Shown in pieces: positions 37,165-50,532 of a stretch of DNA of 64,000 bases. The notes beneath the pieces were generated by a model that made no database searches, was not told the origin of the DNA, and saw only the letters and a program-made list of their open reading frames with translations. Made by a program: the position numbers and the translations under genes. The stretch covers positions 8,434,001 to 8,498,000 of the forward strand of contig NC_045697.1 in the NCBI RefSeq assembly GCF_009834535.1. The letters run 5' to 3'. Each line of letters opens with the position of its first letter. The stretch's first letter is position 1. The stretch is from Camelus ferus. Taxonomy: Eukaryota.

Positions 37165-38418
37165 TCAGAGAATAGTCTTATCGATCAGATATGGGTGAGA
37201 TCCCAGGTAGGAGTCATCCTGAAGCAAAATTCCTGGAGACCGTTGTGAATCTGTGAAACCAAACACATTATGTGCTTCCGAAATACAACGGCAGGACAGG
37301 CCCAGAGACATTCCAATGGTCTTTTGGAACAGTCCAAAAGGAAGAAAGAGGAAAGAAGGAAAGGGTGACAGGTCCCAAGAAATTCCAAAACCTAGCAAGG
37401 CAAATTCCATTAGATCTTAAGTCTCAAGAATAATCCTCTTTGGTCAATGCTCTCCCTGCTGGACCCACGAGAGCAGCAGTCCCAGCTTCAGGACTCCCTG
37501 GGGCAGTGATCCCACTCCCATGGCTCTGCTTGGCAGGGGCCACATCCCCACAGCTCTGGGCAGTTCCTGTCTGGCCTGTTGAAACCAAAGAGGTATCTCT
37601 GAGAAGGATCTCTGAATTGCCTCTAGGGTCAGTCTACTGTTGTCTTGAAGAATAGGGCACATTTGCAGCTAAATGGCTCTGTGGTTCTGTCCTGTAAAAT
37701 CAAAAAAGTCCAACAGTCTTCCTTCTTTTTTATCCTCTTTGTTCAAACTAGCTCTGCTGAGCTGGCTAATGAGATCCACAGTTTATGCCTACACAAATCT
37801 CCTCAGATGGCTGTTTAGCCCCCCCCTTGGTTTTCTCAGGGATAGACTGAGACTTCTCCCAACCTTTATGTTACGATTCCTATTTGCTTAACAAGTCATA
37901 CTTCAATTTGTTTCTCCAGTCTCACGTTTTACCGTAAGCAGTCAGGTGGGACAAAGCCACTTCTTCAACACTTTACCTGGAAATGTCCTCAGCTAAATAT
38001 GAAAGTTCATCTCTTGGAAGTTATACTTTCCACAAGTCATTAGAACATGAACACAATTCAGCCAGGTTATTGGCCACTTTATAATAAGGATCATCTTTTC
38101 TTCATCGTCCAATAACATCTTCCTCAGTGCCACCTAAGACCTCACCAGAATGGTCTTCACCATCCATATTTCTAGCAACATTCTGTTCACGATCATTTAT
38201 GCATTCTCTTAAAAAGACAGACACTTTCTCTGTATCTCTCCTCTTCCCATTCTGAGTTCTCAACAGAATCTTCTTTAACAATTTCTTCGTGGCAACCTTG
38301 GCTTTTTCTAGCATGAACCTCAAAACTCTCCCAGCCTCTACCCATTACCCGGTTCCAAAGCCACTTCCACATTTTCAGGTGTTTGTTACAGTGGTATCCA
38401 CTTCTTGGTACAAGTTAC
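37165..38418 (-). mobile_element. MaLR (MLT1) internal sequence; 3' LTR absent
   Basis: Ends CCACTTCTTGGTACAAG next to the LTR; CCCAGCCTCTACCCATTACCCGGTTCCAAAGCCACTTCCACATTTTCAGGT is typical MLT1-int. Confidence 0.85.
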
Positions 38419-38815
38419 TGTCTTAACTCAGGCAGCTATAACAAATACCATAGACTGTGTGGCTTTAAAAAAAAAAAAAAAAAAAAACAGGCATTTATTT
38501 CTCATAGTTCTCAAGGCTGAGAAGTCCAAGACTAGGCTACTGGCAAATTCAGTTCTTGGTGAGGGCTCTCTTCCTGTCTCGCACACAGCCAACTTCCTGC
38601 TGTGTGTTCACATGGCCTTTTCTTGCTGTGCATACATACAGACTCTGTCTTCCTCTTCTTTTGAGGGCAATAATCCCATCAAAAGGGTCGCACTCTTATG
38701 ACCCCATCTAAACCTAATTACCTCCTAAAGGCCCCTGCCTCCAAACAGCTTCACATTAACAGTTAGGGCATCGACATACCAGTTTGAAGGAGACACAAAC
38801 ATTCAGTCCATAACT
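38419..38815 (-). mobile_element. MLT1A-like MaLR 5' LTR
   Basis: TGTCTTAACTCAGGCAGCTATAACAAATACCATAGACTG...GACACAAACATTCAGTCCATAAC. Confidence 0.88.
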
Positions 38816-39394
38816 CTGTGTCTTATTTCACTGAGAATATACAAACAGAAAAGAACTCCACATACCTTGAGCTTATCCACCAATCTGCTGGCATGTATAC
38901 CTAGATATTTTGCCTCTTCCAGTGTTTGTAAGGACTTGACCATTCTCCTAGCTAAGGTTAAGCTAAGCTTGGGACAATCGCACAGGTCTCTGGTGGTCCT
39001 GGAACATCTCCTCCAGCAGGTAAGGCGAGAAGGAGGGGGGATTTGTGAGTAGAGGGAAGAGAGTGCACAGGCACTCATGAGCTTGTTCAGGGAGCTGTTT
39101 GGGGGTCACTTTGACTCGAATGTGCCTGCATAGACAAGTAGGTCTGTGTTGTGGAGGATGTAAGTGTTTCCTGGCAAAACGGTGAATGCACCAGCATTGG
39201 AGTCAGACTGCCTTTGTTTTAACCCTCAGCTCTGCTACCTACCAGCTGGCTACTTTATCAGATGTTTTTGTTTGTTTGTTTCTTACATTGGAGAATGGGA
39301 GCTATGTTAGTCTTGTTTATTCTGATTCCTTTGTTCCCAGTACTCAGCACAAATTAAACAATAGTGTTAAGGAACATAAAATCTAAAGTCACAT

Positions 39395-39600
39395 CCCAAG
39401 CGGGACTCCTAATGTCACACTTTAGCTGTGTGCCCTGAGGCGAACCATTAACTTGTCTAAGCTGCAGTTTCCTCGGCCACAACACAGGCCAGTCGCAGCA
39501 CTCCCCGTGTAGGGCTGAAGAGGAAAAGGAGATAGCAGGCGTCGGCATTAGCGCAGTGCCTAACGCACAGCAGGCGCTCGACAAACGCTGGCTGTTGATA
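39395..39600 (+). mobile_element. MIR SINE, unusually GC/CpG-shifted
   Basis: TAGCTGTGTGCCCTGAGGCGAACCATTAAC..CAGTTTCCTC..CAGTGCCT..GCGCTCGACAAACGCTGGCT is collinear with MIR. Confidence 0.75.
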
Positions 39601-40824
39601 CGATGTTTTATTTCAAGGCTCTGTAATTACATTCTTTCACTAAATGATCATCGATTTCTTTCCTGTAACACAGCTTTCATAAGCCCTGCCTCTACAAGTT
39701 TTGAGGACACTTTCTATGTAGATAAGCTGAACTTGTCCCATAATAGGTTCTTTTTTTGTCCTGGGTCTTCTACCATATTTTGCATCTTAGCCAAAGAGTA
39801 GAGGCTGTAATCAGCCAGGTGTGGGCGGCAGGCTCTTGCTTTTGGCCCCTCCATGAAAAACAAACTCTCCATCTCCCTCCTAGGAGGGCCCTGCTGCTCT
39901 GGCCCCTTGCTTTCTTCCTTTCCTTTGCTGCCTTGTCTGAGCACCAGGCCTTAAGTGGGGGGTGGGAGGGCTTGCCTTCAGCTCCACTCTAAGCTCTAAG
40001 ATTACTGTTTTCATTTCCCCGACTGCTTGGTGACCGCGATGTGGCCCTCGGGTGAGGGAGCCCGGGAGAGGGTGTGACCAGCGGGGATCCCGTTAAAATA
40101 CAGAGCAGCCATGCAGTCCAGGCTGTTTGGCTCCTTCCCGCCTGCTCTCGCCACCCCGCCCCCAAATATGATCATAACAGCACAGAGCTATAAAGTTGCT
40201 TTTCATAGCACACACTGCCCGGCTCCCTAACAAAGTTCTGACTGTCAAGAAGAAAAGGAGGACATTGTAAGGAGGGGATTAAAGGAAGGAGTGGTGCAGA
40301 GAGGCAGTGTGGTATGGTGGAAAGATCCCCTACCCAAGAAGCAGGACCTGGTGATTCTTGCTGAATTCGGCAGGCAGCTCACTCTCTAATTCGAAGCAAG
40401 TCCCTCCTTCTTGGGCCTCAGTTTCTCCATTTGTAAAATGAGGACTAAGATGGGACTGTTTTAATGAGCTTTCCAGCCTCTGGATGCTAGAAAAATGATG
40501 CTTGACACCAAGCAGAAGAAGAGAATGTGATGTCTGCTTATGTCATGACCTTCTACTCGCAAGTCCTTTAGCATTTAACCAGCCCTGGGGCTTGGGTCTA
40601 GAATGGGGACACCAGACCATGGATTTTGAACTGGAGACATCTGAGTCACTTTGATCTGCCTTGGTTGTCACTGAAATCCTCAGATTGTTTTGGGGCTTAT
40701 TCACAACACAGCACCAGCTCCTCGAAGATGTCAGTAAGCATCTTCTAACACATAATAGATGCTTAATGAATGCTTTTTGAATTGATGAATGAGCACATGG
40801 GGTAGGTTGGGAACAGATTCTTTT

Positions 40825-43000
40825 TCATCATTCATTATTCAGTCACTCACTATTTACTGAGTGATTATTATGTGCAAGGACCTGTACATACACATTAAAG
40901 ATGAGACAAGACCAAGACCCTGCCCTTCTGGAGTCTACATTCTAGTAGGAAGATATGGAAAATACATGAATGAAAAAAATAATTGCTTGCTGGATAGTGA
41001 TAGATGCTAGAGGAAAAATAAAGGAGGGTGAGGGAGAGGGAATTAAGAGGGCCAGGATTATATACAGTGTGACTAGGGAAGGACTCCCTAATTAGGTGAC
41101 ATTTGAGCAGAGACCTAAAAGACGTAAAGGAGCAGCCAAGGTGATGTTTCAGGAAACTGCCTGCCGGGTAGAAACGGTAGTAAGTACAAAGTCCCTGAGA
41201 CAGGAGTCAACATAGTGCACTTAAGAAACAGCATGGAGGTCTGTACGGTTGGAGCCCAGTCAGCAAGGTGGAGATGCACAGATGGTGATGTCAGAGGGTT
41301 GGCGATCAGTACAGATTATGAGGATTTGATGTGAACTCTAACAAAGATTGGCATCCAAGGGGGTGAGACTGGAGACAAAAAGAGACAAGATGTGGTATAT
41401 TTCAAAAAGCAAATATGGGCTGTAAAAACTGGCCAAAGCGAGAGAAGAAATCAGCAGGGAGGTCAAACAGGAGGCTACTGAAATAACCAAGAAAAGAAAT
41501 GAGACTGCGTTAGACCATCACAGTGAGCTGCAATAGTTAAGAAGGGATCAGGTTTAGCGGGTATTTGGAAGACTGAGCCAGTTCAGTTAGCATCTATCCT
41601 GCACTACCACCTCTTCAAGGGCTGGTACTTCTTTCTCCAACTAGACCATAAGTTTCTCAGAGGCAACGACTCTATGTCATTCCTGCGTAGCACTCAGATT
41701 CTTGGCATACTTGTTAAACAACAATGTAGACACCCAACAAGCCTCTCTTCACTCAACTCAGTTTAATCAATACTTACTAAGCACCAGGCTTCCTCCCTCA
41801 GCTCCCACCCCTACAAGCCAGCATCACATGTTTAAGTCACAAGGAGCACCTTCTAGTCCCTCAAGCCAAGTGGTTTCAGTTTCCATACTTTTGGAAGAAG
41901 GGACTGGGTGGTCCATAGAGTGAGACATAAGGTTAAAGAAAGATTTGTTCTCTTTTTTGATGATGAGAAAAAAATAAATATGTTTAAATACTGATGGGAA
42001 GTTGCTGTCAAAAAAAGGAGATGAAGAAACCATCAGAGAAGGAAAAAGTGAAGGAGAAAAGTCGTGAGAGAGCCAGAGAGCCAGAGAGCCAGATGAGAAG
42101 ATTTTAAAGAGGAAGGAAGGGCAAGGATACATGCTGGTTTATAGGTTTCATGGTAGAAAATGAATAAGGCCTCTGATGATTGTTTTTTATGTGCTGGGCA
42201 TGAGAGTACAGTAGAAGTTGAGGTCTGAGAAGAGAGGAGAGAATGTGAACTATCACTAGACGACAGACAAGAATTCTGAAGAGCGAAACAGCCTGTCGTC
42301 ACTGGGCGGCAGTAAGGCATCTGTGGAGGACCATGTGTGTGAGTGCACAGTGGCCTTGATCTGTAGGACAGAATGGATTTGACCTTGACTGAATGCCAGC
42401 AGCCAGGCCAGGAGTGCAGACAGAGCAGATGACTGGAGTCACCCAGGGGTAGCAGGTCATGTGTATGTGACAACAGGAGAGTTAGAGCCAGGACATAAAG
42501 TTTAAAGAGTTGTTGGAGTGATGAAAAGTGGAGTCTGTGGATGCAGAGAGGGGAGAAAAGACAGGAGCTAAAGACTGTGCAGGGCAAAGAAGTGGGTCGA
42601 TGAACTGGAGGGCCCAACTGAAGAACCAGAGTTGAGGACAAGCGAGCAAGGGAATTGGAAGCAGAGGAGGGTTGTGGTCAGAGAGTGGGAGGTGTGGATT
42701 TTATGATTTCCATGGTGGAGCCCTTCCAGAAAATGACCAGCTACAGGGTGTAGCCACAAAAGTGGGTGAATGAAGCAGCTGGGAGGAGGTGAGAACAGGG
42801 ACCCAAGGAACAAGGTGCTGAATGGCTCACAGGTGTGAACACAAAAGACCTTAAGAGCAGTGGCAGGGCTTGGTGAGTGGAGGGATGTGGAGACAGACAC
42901 CAACATGTGTGATGCATGAGGGGGTGTGTCCAGGAAGTGCGCCCATGGAGTTACGTGGGAGGGCCAAAGAGGGTACCAGTGAATCAGAAGGGGCCCCAAG
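40825..43000 (-). mobile_element. L2 LINE fragments (two or more segments)
   Basis: CATTCATT..TATTTACTGAGTG..CCCTGCCCTTCTGGAGTCTACATTCTAGTAGG; GTGACATTTGAGCAGAGACCT; GA-rich L2 ORF antisense at 41940-43000. Confidence 0.7.
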
Positions 43001-45539
43001 GGAGCAGATGTCATATTTACTAACACCTAGTTCAATCCACACAGCAGAGAGGTGACTGTGGACCCCTGGACCCTGTGAGGGGCCACATTTGGGGGAAGAG
43101 TTGGTGGAGACGTGAGGATCTGATTCACATGCAGATGCACAGGCATCTCTTAATCAGGATCAGACCGTAGGAGACACAGCTTTTCTGAGTCACCCCCACC
43201 ACCAACCAAAATCCTTTACCAGTCTCCAGACCACAGGGGTCTAGGGGGGAAAGTTTAAGTGTCAATTTTAGGTACAAATCAGCCAGTTTATAATCTTAAC
43301 CCAACTTTGAGAGTTGGACTAACTGGAGAGATGTTGTCAGATTTTGCGGCTCATGCATGAAATGATTAGGGGCCCGTTAGCTGGTAAATATCACTGCAGT
43401 CACAATACTGGGATTTCAGGCAAGAACAGCATCAAGAGACATGAAGGTGAACTGGAGAAGATGGGGAGGCAGCTGGAGGGGAAGGGGTTGATCTGAGTCT
43501 TGAAGGATATCCAGGCCGTTTAGAGATGAAGGGAAAGAAGGAGAGGGTCTAGGCAGCGTGAACACTCACCGCACGTGGCTGGGCAGGAGCTACCGCTTAA
43601 GAACACGAATTCTTAGAGGACTTGAAGGAGTTCCCAGATATTCTGCTTGGCTTCGAGCCTCATATAATCTCACAGAAGTCTCAAGGTTGAACTGAGACCT
43701 TTGAGGACTAATCTGCCTGAAGAGTTTAGATGTAGGCAGTAAGGAATGGGTTAAGCATGGGTGTGATGTGTGTAGGATCAGAGTTGTGCTTCTGGAAGAC
43801 ACTGGCTGGCAGAAGTGGGTGAGAGGAACACCGGGAAAGAACTGCAGCAAGCAGAGCATTTATAAGGCCACTGTGGTGGTCCCCCAGAGAGGCACAGAAG
43901 CCATAGTGGGAAAGGGACTAATGGAAAAGGGGAGAAAAGAGCAGAAACAGAAGGTTTCTACAGAGGGAGACATAACAGGTTCTGGAAAGAAATATGAACG
44001 ATGGCTGTGAAGCCTGCCCACTGTTATCGGTCAAGTACTATCAAGTGTTATTTGGAGGCTCTAAGAGATTTGGGTCAACACAGAGATTCTGACTCCAACT
44101 AAAACCAAGTCAGCTGTTTACGTCTTAAAAGAAGAAAATCAGACACCACGAAGGGAAATTAACCTTTCCCTCACAGAAGCCATAAACAGCATCCAAATGT
44201 GGCAGAGAATAAAACCACAGGCCATGTGTTAAAAAGAAACATGATATCATTGGCTAACAGAGACAAGACCCAACCAGGAAACAGACTCCAGTATTAAAAT
44301 TCTAGCACACGGGGCTTTTGGAAAATAAAAAATAGACACAGAGGGATGGAAAGACTCTACCTAAACGGAAGGGCCTGGAGAGATACGATCTACTGAGACA
44401 CAGTCAAGAAGGCAGCTGGCAGAGAGGTTACCGAAACTGGGAACCAGCCACCAGAGGAAAGGTTATTGGCCACCAACGAGCAATGATACGAAAGAGATTC
44501 AAAACTGCTGCTTCGAATAGAAGCAGGAAAAACAGGAATACGATCGGTCAGGGAGGATCCTTCTCTCAAAGTGAGGCCAGGCTCCTGGAAACCCCCTGGG
44601 GTGCAGCTGCCTGCAGCCCTGCCTCCACTCTGCCTGGCCAAGGAGGCTCTGAGCCACAGCGGGCACACACGGGGCAAGTACAGAAATTCCCTGTGAACTT
44701 CAGGCTCCTGCTCTCACGGAACTAGACACAAAGGCAGACAAGACTTGTGCGTGACTACAGGGTCTGTCCACACTGACCTTATGTTTTAACTGACTGGAAA
44801 CAATAGGAATGAGAGTGATTCCCATTTGATATTTCTGACATCACAGCTGTCCAGTGACCCTTGGAAACGGCTTTTTTAACCGGGAAGGACCACTGGTCAG
44901 GGCTGTTATGGGTCATATTAATGTAGAGCAGGAGGCACCTGAAGAAGGAGAGGGCTCGGTGGGCTGCTGGTGAGGATGTCACACATTGCTCCTCCTCTTG
45001 GCAGGGCACAGGTTCCTGTGGGTAAAGACTGCATCTTCTTTTTCTTTCCATCTCAGACATCTAGAACAATGCCAGATACAAAGCAGACACTGACAAGGTG
45101 TTTGTTGAATAGATGAATGTCTACCCTTTGTTCCAGTAAACTCCACTGAGTCAAGAATCCTGTGTACATCCTCAGCCTGTAGGGAATGACTGACCTGGGG
45201 TGGAGGCACTCAACGAGTGATCCTCCAATACAGAAATGAGCAGAACTTGACAGGAGTCAGGACTGCATGTGTTACTGTCTGAAAGGCTTTTCTGACCTCC
45301 TTGGCTTGGTTAGAATAGACACAACACCATATGGCCAAATTCAGGTACATACTTACATACCGACCAGATACCTAAGCATATTGTACGTGCACCAATAAGC
45401 GGGTACACTCGCGAGGACAGCTAGTGTCCCCCAGGCATGAAGATCAGTGACATCTCCATCCATTAGCTTTATTTTACCACCCTTTGAATCGCAGAAATAG
45501 TGAAGTTCCAGAGAACCAAACAATAAATGAAAAGAATAA

Positions 45540-45730
45540 TTGTTTTTCTACATGGTGGGCTCCATGCTAAGTGTCATACAGACATTCTAAAGTGCAAAAT
45601 TTACATCAATCTTGTGAAATATATACAAGTATCATCTCCATTTTACAGATGAAGAACCAGAGACTCACAGGAGTTAAGTAATTTGCCTAGAGTCACACAG
45701 CTCAACCACTGGCCTCTATTCTATAATACC
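45540..45730 (-). mobile_element. MIR SINE
   Basis: CCATTTTACAGATGAAGAACC..GTTAAGTAATTTGCCTAGAGTCACACAGC. Confidence 0.8.
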
Positions 45731-47607
45731 TCTTTACATGGTATTAGGAAATCAATTTGGAATAGCGCTGTCCACTCCTTCTCCTGTTGAGGGAAGCTAC
45801 AACAGACATCATTCTCTGGCTCCAGCCTTTTTCCTTTGCTGCCCTCGGGCTCTGGCCCACCTGATCTGTAGTCCTCCCAGCAGTCCTGGGTGAGTGGAGA
45901 CCCAGAAGCTTCTGAGGCCCAGCCGATGTGGCGGGGCTGGCTGGGAGCCACTGCAGGGGAAGCTACAGGTAGGATCCTGTTTCAACCATCAGCCATGCAA
46001 ATAAGCTGATGCTGGCAGCTGATCACGAATTGCTCACCAGTCGTTTCCTTAATGACTTGCTAAATTTCCTTGCATCCTCCCAGAAAGTCACTCTTGCAAG
46101 GTCCTGTGGCTCCATCCCACAGCCCACACTGATAGCACCAGGATTCCTGACCTGAAGCCAAATCCCAATTCTCAGCCCTTTGTGAGCTGACTTGAAGGAG
46201 TCCAAGGTAACTGAGGCACCCAGGGTCACACAGAGGTCTTAGCCAAATGTAGATTGGCGGCCAGGACCCCTCTGGAAGGGGCCTTGAAGGGGCTGCAGCG
46301 ACGGGAGACCAACGGACCTCTCTTAAAGCAGAGGAAGCTTTGTTCAAATGAAATCTCCAATGGAGAAGGCAAATAAGAGCAGAAATGCTGGGGTTGATGC
46401 AGGAGTGGAGGTCCCAGATCTCTACCTCTGTGTCCCCTATGACCCCACGTTGCTCCCCAAGGCACTGGCCCACAGTTTCTGTAGCTCCTCCGAGTGTAGC
46501 CGAGATCCTCTGAGCTGGTTCACTCAGCCCATTTCCTTTAGGGATAAAGAATAAAAGGACAGAGAGTTCAGGGAACAGGGCCAAGGTCCACAGCCAGCAA
46601 GTGCTAGGATCAGATCTCAGAGCTCCCTACGCTCAGCTCAGGCTTGGACTGTCACACAACACTATTTCGGCTTCAGAGGTGAAAGTTCTCTTGTGGCTGG
46701 CTAATTTTGTCGGTCCAGTCACCATGGGTAACAGTCACCTAAAGGTCTTTTACTCTCTTCTAAAGAAGTCTTCGCCTGCGGGCGGGGGGGTCAATCATCG
46801 TTCCGTGTTGCACCAAAGAGAGTAGGAGGGAGGACATGCAGACCTTCGCGAGAGCACCCTCAACAAGTGAACATACAACCCCTTCTCTCTGGGAGAAAAA
46901 AAAGGTTTACATGTGAGATTTTTCTGTCTGGAAAGCTCTCCTTGAGTCCACATGCATCTGTGAGGCTCTGGTTTCCTTCCAGACTATCCCATGTGACCTC
47001 CCCCGGGGACGCCATCCAAGGGACATGCCCCAGTGCCAGCTCTCCTTTCAGTCCCCTAACTGCATGACCTCCTCAATGGAGAGCTCGTGCGCTATGCACC
47101 AGTGCAGAGCATTAAAGAGCAAATTTCGCACATACAATTGAATGTAAATCTTCAGTAACGCTCACAGTTGCATAGATATGCTGCCCACTCCGCAGTCACA
47201 TGTTCTTTTATCTCATGGGACAGAATTCTAGAATCTTATCAGCCCTCAGTTCAAGTCCTAGCTCTGGTACTCTCTAGCCGTGTGGCCTTAGCCAGGCCAC
47301 TTACCCTCCCTAAGCCTGCTTCCTCCTTCACAACATAATTATAATAACTTGCAGGGTCAAAGTGAGGACCAGAAATAATGCAAGTGTACTCTCTGATTCA
47401 TGAGAATGGCTGATAGCATTTTTCTCTCCCAGAGGGTACGCTCTTGTTCACAGCGTTGTCCCCCGCAACCAGCCAGTGCTCAGGAAATGTTGGTGGCAGT
47501 GACGACGGCTTGACAGAGTGACTGAGTGCACAAATGAATGAACTAATGAACAAATGTTCACTTTGTAAAGGAGCTTAACAGTGATCCACCCATCCAGTGG
47601 ACCTTTT

Positions 47608-47714
47608 AGGTTTATTTATTCATTTATTTATTTGTTTAGTGGAAGTAGTGGGGATTGAACCCAGAACCTCGTGCACACTAAGCACATGCTCTACCACTGC
47701 ACTACACCCTCCCC
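47608..47714 (-). mobile_element. Camelid tRNA-derived SINE
   Basis: GGGGATTGAACCCAGAACCTCGTGCACACTAAGCACATGCTCTACCACTGCACTACACCCTCCCC is the reverse complement of the SINE head; imperfect TSD AGTGGA(C/T)CTTT. Confidence 0.9.
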
Positions 47715-48344
47715 AAGAGTGGATCTTTCAGAGCACTGATGAAGGATGGCCATTTGGGCTTCAACAGAGCTGCCCACTAGCCCTTACTGCCCACGGCTGG
47801 GGACGTGTGTAATCAGAAAGGCGGGCCCGGCATTGAAAAGAAATACTACCATGGTCAGCCATCAGTCCACCTTTCCTAATTCTGGCCTCCCCACCATGGG
47901 GCATGTGGTATGTGCTCATTCTTTCATCCTTTTAACAGACACTTCTTCTTGGCCTTGTTTACTGGGTTAGGTAAACTCTGGAGTCACAGAGTGTGCAGAG
48001 GCAGCCCTGTCATTACACGATTTACATTTTAGCCAGAGACGGACATTAAACAACCCAGTGAATCATTAATTATTTAACAGCAATTATAACCAGCACACAG
48101 GAAGAGAAACACAGAGCACCACAGAGGGAGAATGATGGGGGAACATTACTGCTCCAGCTCTGTAAGGTAGGCCATGGATTTGACTGAAGAAGACTCGGGA
48201 GCAGGGGAGGGAAGGAATGATGGAGGGAGGGATGGATGCACTTTTTAATCTACTAGAAGTCAGCTCTTCATCCTCCCTGATAAAAAATCAAACATGTTAA
48301 CACTTTTTGTCACACATGAACGGTTATTCATAGACTCCTGAAAT

Positions 48345-48560
48345 ATAAACAGGCCCGAGCTCAAGTTCTGAGCCCGCTGTTTACACCTCTGGCAAATGAC
48401 GGCACGCCCTAAGCTCAGACTCCTCGCCTGTAACAGGAAGGGGGTGGACGTGGATCCTGCTCAGGGCTGCTACGGAAACCGATGCGAGGATGCTCCTAGA
48501 GCACTTGGCAGCGTCTCGCACGGTGAGCCATCGAGGTGGTCCCTCATTACCACCGTATTA
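48345..48560 (+). mobile_element. MIR SINE, GC/CpG-shifted
   Basis: GGCAAATGAC..GCTCAGACTCCTCGCCTGTAAC..AGAGCACTTGGCA is collinear with the MIR core. Confidence 0.6.
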
Positions 48561-49369
48561 ACATGAACTGCTCCACATTCAGGTGGGGAAGTACAAGCTC
48601 AAAGGCATGACTCACCAGCTAACTGAAGGCAGAGGTGACACTCGGCCGCAGGGCTCCCTTAATCCAACCCTCTCCACAGAAAATGATGCTGCTTTAGATT
48701 TTTTTTTTAAATCTCATAATCAGGAACGAAATACTGGCACAAACCAACAGTAATGCTTTCCTTAGAGTGGAGCGATGATCATGCGGAAATTCAGAGCATG
48801 AACTCTAGGCTGGGAAGGATAAAAACTCCCCTTTTTCGGTATTACCTTACAGGTCTTTAGTGGGCAATGTTGTGGGCCCAGGACTGCTCTGGAAGCTGAA
48901 CGGGGTATAAAGAATAAGACAGGGCTCTTTTCCTCCGAGGTTTTGTCATCTGGTTGAACTTCCCCACAAAAGGCCAGCAACATGGATCCTTTGAGAATGG
49001 GAGGATTAAGACTTGAAGAGAGTATTTCCAAACATTCTCAGATATTTCTGGTTACTGCTTTACAGAAAAACCTTGACTTTTGAACAACTATGCACCTTAG
49101 AACACATCCACGTTATTAAAACCAACAGAATAATTTCCACTTGGATGTAAGAAGCATCGATAGCATTTAACCTTCAGGATTTCGGGACATTGACCATCAC
49201 AGGAAAGTCATTCCTCTCAACTTAATAATAACCTAGTAATAGAAAATAATTATAGGTAGGTCAAAAAACAGGCTTTCCGAACCAAATAAACACCTCCGTG
49301 TTAGCCAGACTTCCTGAGACCATGGCACACTAAAGTCTATTCACTGGCCTTTCGAAAAGCAGCTCCTGA

Positions 49370-49615
49370 GCACCTACTAATAATAGCCACCCTTAATGAG
49401 GGCTTACCATGGCCAGACTCTCAGGTAAACTTCATAACGTCTCTGTGAGGCAGCAACTATTATTATCCCCACTCAACAGATGATAAAACAGAGTCACAGG
49501 GAACTCAAGTAATTTCCCTAAGTTCACACAGCTAGGAAGTGGTAGCATCAGGCTTCTCCTGGGGAGCTGGGAGCCAGGGCCCCTGCTCTTAGTCACCATG
49601 CTGTACTGCTGCTGA
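49370..49615 (-). mobile_element. MIR SINE
   Basis: TATTATTATCCCC..ACAGATGATAAAACAGAG..AAGTAATTTCCCTAAGTTCACACAGCTAGGAAGTGG. Confidence 0.8.
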
Positions 49616-50532
49616 GAAGCACGTGCTCTCTGGATGCTGTGAAAGACACACACGTAAGCAGTCGGTGGTCCTGACCTTGGGGGCTCCTCAGTGTCCTGAT
49701 GAGCCTGACATACCAAGGCGGACAATAAGGGGACACACGTGAGCAAATACTGAGCTCTTACCAGGTGCAAGTCACAGACCAGCTCCTCTCCTCACAATGC
49801 CCCAATTATCCCCTCAATGACTTTGCAAGGGGTCATTGTTTCCAGTAAGGCAAGCAACGAGAATATGAGCGCAGCAGGAATTGACGGATGTCAGGTAACC
49901 AATTCAAGGTCAAGCAATTTGTGAAGGTTGTGAGCCAGAATTCATGGCCAACTCCATCCCTCCTGGAATCACACATGCTTTCCACTTCAGCCAGACGTCT
50001 ACTACTATCTTACAAGCCTCACAGTGGTCACGGGCATCCCTAACACGCTCTTGGATACAAATGAGACAGTGGCTTGCTCTACCTGGGAAGGACCAGGAAG
50101 GCTTCAGAGAGAAAATAGTATAAGAATGGGATTGGGAGGAGTACTGGGATGATAAGAGACAGAGGAGGAGTGTTCCAGGCTGGGGATATATTTATAGAAT
50201 GTCCACAAAAGCACAGAGATGTGAAAAAGTTTGCTTGCTCAAGACCAAGAGCCAGTGCAGCAGAGCAGCTAGAGTGGTGGGGAGGGGCAGGACATGAGGA
50301 GGGAAGGTTTGGGGGGCCAGATATTGAGGAGCTTTGCAGGACACTCCACTTGGCATTTATACTGGAGACCTATGAGAGTTGACTTGAAGCTGCCCAATGT
50401 GTGCAAAGTCTCTGAACAAGAGATATCCATGAATATTGTTTTGCTGTCTTTGATCTAGTTAACTAATTCTGCATAGAAAATATTTTTCAGAATATTTGAA
50501 GAGGGCTTTTGTTCAAGAATAATCTTCCAAGA

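Noticed and set aside
42033..43026. 202-aa and 152-aa minus-strand ORFs
   Set aside because: Ser/Leu/Pro-rich translations of decayed L2 sequence.
46060..46584. 174-aa minus-strand ORF
   Set aside because: Non-ATG start, no domain similarity and no splice structure; consistent with a chance ORF in GC-richer DNA.
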